DNA of 26,344 nucleotides from a candidate division FCPU426 bacterium (GTDB lineage Bacteria; Oederibacteriota; JAAXVQ01; JAUVAV01): NCBI GenBank assembly GCA_030637655.1, contig DAOWGI010000083.1, positions 1 to 26,344 of the forward strand, read 5' to 3'. Shown piece by piece: positions 25,229 to 26,344 of this stretch (position 1 is its first letter; each line of letters starts with the position of its first letter). The notes under the pieces were generated by a model. It saw only the letters and a program-made list of their open reading frames with translations, ran no database searches and was not told where the DNA came from. The position numbers and the translations under genes were made by a program.

Positions 25229-25498
25229 TTAGTTTTTTCTTAGTTGCAGGATGGCTTGTCGAACTGCAGCTCCTTTATCATCCGCGGTAAAACTCCCCAA
25301 CGCTTCACCGATGTTTTGCGCTAAACGGGGAATATCATCATATGAGATTTCATTAAACGGTTTTTTAATTCGCTTAAATTGCGAATGAACAATCTGTGTA
25401 GGAAAAAAAGTATATTTAGAAACTATTTCCAAAATCTCCTGATACATTTTATTGTATTCCATATCTTCTTGCGTTTTAGCTGACTCTGAGTCTGTCAT
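25229..25498 (-). CDS. Small cytoplasmic hypothetical protein
   Basis: GGGAGG RBS before MTDSES. It is on the same strand as its neighbours and has a helical composition. Confidence 0.7.
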   Translation of the reverse strand: MTDSESAKTQEDMEYNKMYQEILEIVSKYTFFPTQIVHSQFKRIKKPFNEISYDDIPRLAQNIGEALGSFTADDKGAAVRQAILQLRKN

Positions 25499-25799
25499 GA
25501 ATTCCCTCCCGGGCATCCAATGTTAAAAAAGTTGGTCAAAACCATTTTTCATAATGGTTATTAATTGCTTTCTTTAAAAGAAATATTAATAAAACGTCAT
25601 AAATCTCGCTTAAACTTACCACAAACAGCCCTGTTTTAGCAACTATTAAATCATTGTTTTTTCAACAAATAGACATTCTATTATCCTTGTTTTTTAGGCA
25701 GTTCTACAGAAAATACCGCTAGTGAACGTAAACGGGGCCAGGCTGACCCCAATATTGGTTTCTTTATAAAATATATTTTTAGGTGTCTGTCAAACCGGG

Positions 25800-25931
25800 A
25801 TGATCCAGCTTTCGGTTAATCGGATAAGCGGGAAAGAGCTTTCGCGATATTTGGGCATTTCACAGTCCAGTTTATCGAAAGCGATTGAACGAGGGGAAGT
25901 GTTTGCGCAAGGGAAATTCCTAACCGCTTAA
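25800..25931 (+). pseudogene. Remnant HTH C-terminus, probably of a RAYT-like (Y1) transposase
   Basis: Translates MIQLSVNRISGKELSRYLGISQSSLSKAIERGEVFAQGKFLTA. It is followed by AACCGTCCCC and preceded by a GGGGCCAGGCTGACCCC palindrome. Confidence 0.55.
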
Positions 25932-25959
25932 CCGAAAACCGTCCCCCTTGTTCCCTTTA

Positions 25960-26205
25960 TTATTTAGTGAACTTTCTTTCAATTATTTTTCCGCTTTTCG
26001 AATCAATTTTATACGAATTACCATCCCAATTTCCTGCCCATAATTCGTCATTTTTAATATATATATTCATGTATGGACAGTCGTCATAAACATGTTCTTT
26101 TTTTTCAATTTGCCACAGCGCTTTCCCTTCACAATCTATACCTATAACATTTTCATTCATTTTCTTTTTCCCCTCAACCTTATGCAGAACTACCAAAACT
26201 CCACG
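25960..26205 (-). pseudogene. 5'-truncated hypothetical gene resembling polymorphic-toxin immunity proteins
   Basis: NENVIGIDCEGKALWQI...PY...NWDG..YKID.KSGKII...FTK. The frame runs into an IS end upstream. Confidence 0.5.
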
Positions 26206-26344
26206 GTCAAGCCCCTATATTTTAGGACAAAACTTTTGCTGCTAAATGAGAGCCTCTTTGTTTTTGGAAGTCAGGGATAGTCAACCAACCTAATCCCTGA
26301 TGAATCCTTTTGTTTTTATACCAGTGCTTGTACTGTAACCACCC
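26205..26344 (-). mobile_element. 3' end of an IS3/IS481-like insertion sequence
   Basis: 26344-26222 translates GWLQYKHWYKNKRIHQGLGWLTIPDF..., matching the integrase C-terminal WYNxxRxHxxLG motif. It overlaps an IR-like TGTCCTAAAATATAGGGGCTTGAC. Confidence 0.7.

Overview
26.3 kb of bacterial DNA (standard code, TGA used as stop) with almost all genes on the minus strand. Beta-barrel, FecR and PorV-like genes imply a diderm host; the gene style suggests a poorly characterised candidate phylum, which is inference only. The left 11.5 kb holds a giant (~3,655 aa) gene followed in tandem by the start of a ~95%-identical paralogue with the same promoter. The giant protein looks like a modular polyprotein. 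It has a conserved exported N-terminal domain with Tiki/TraB/ChaN-like motifs, then unrelated cargo domains: calcineurin-like phosphoesterase, 2H-phosphoesterase-like, HEAT and TraB-like. These alternate with recurring GC-rich linkers and four copies of a membrane module carrying CPBP/Abi protease-like FxxxH and HxxxN motifs. To the right lie hinT bracketed by two REPIN/MITE-like elements and an Fn3-like/FecR/beta-barrel operon. Further on are a PorV-like barrel next to a cohesin-FlgD cargo gene, a secreted ankyrin protein, a CHASE2 adenylate cyclase and mtaB. The right edge has a RAYT-like transposase remnant, a truncated immunity-like gene and the end of an IS3-like element. All domain calls come from motif reading by eye; no searches were run.
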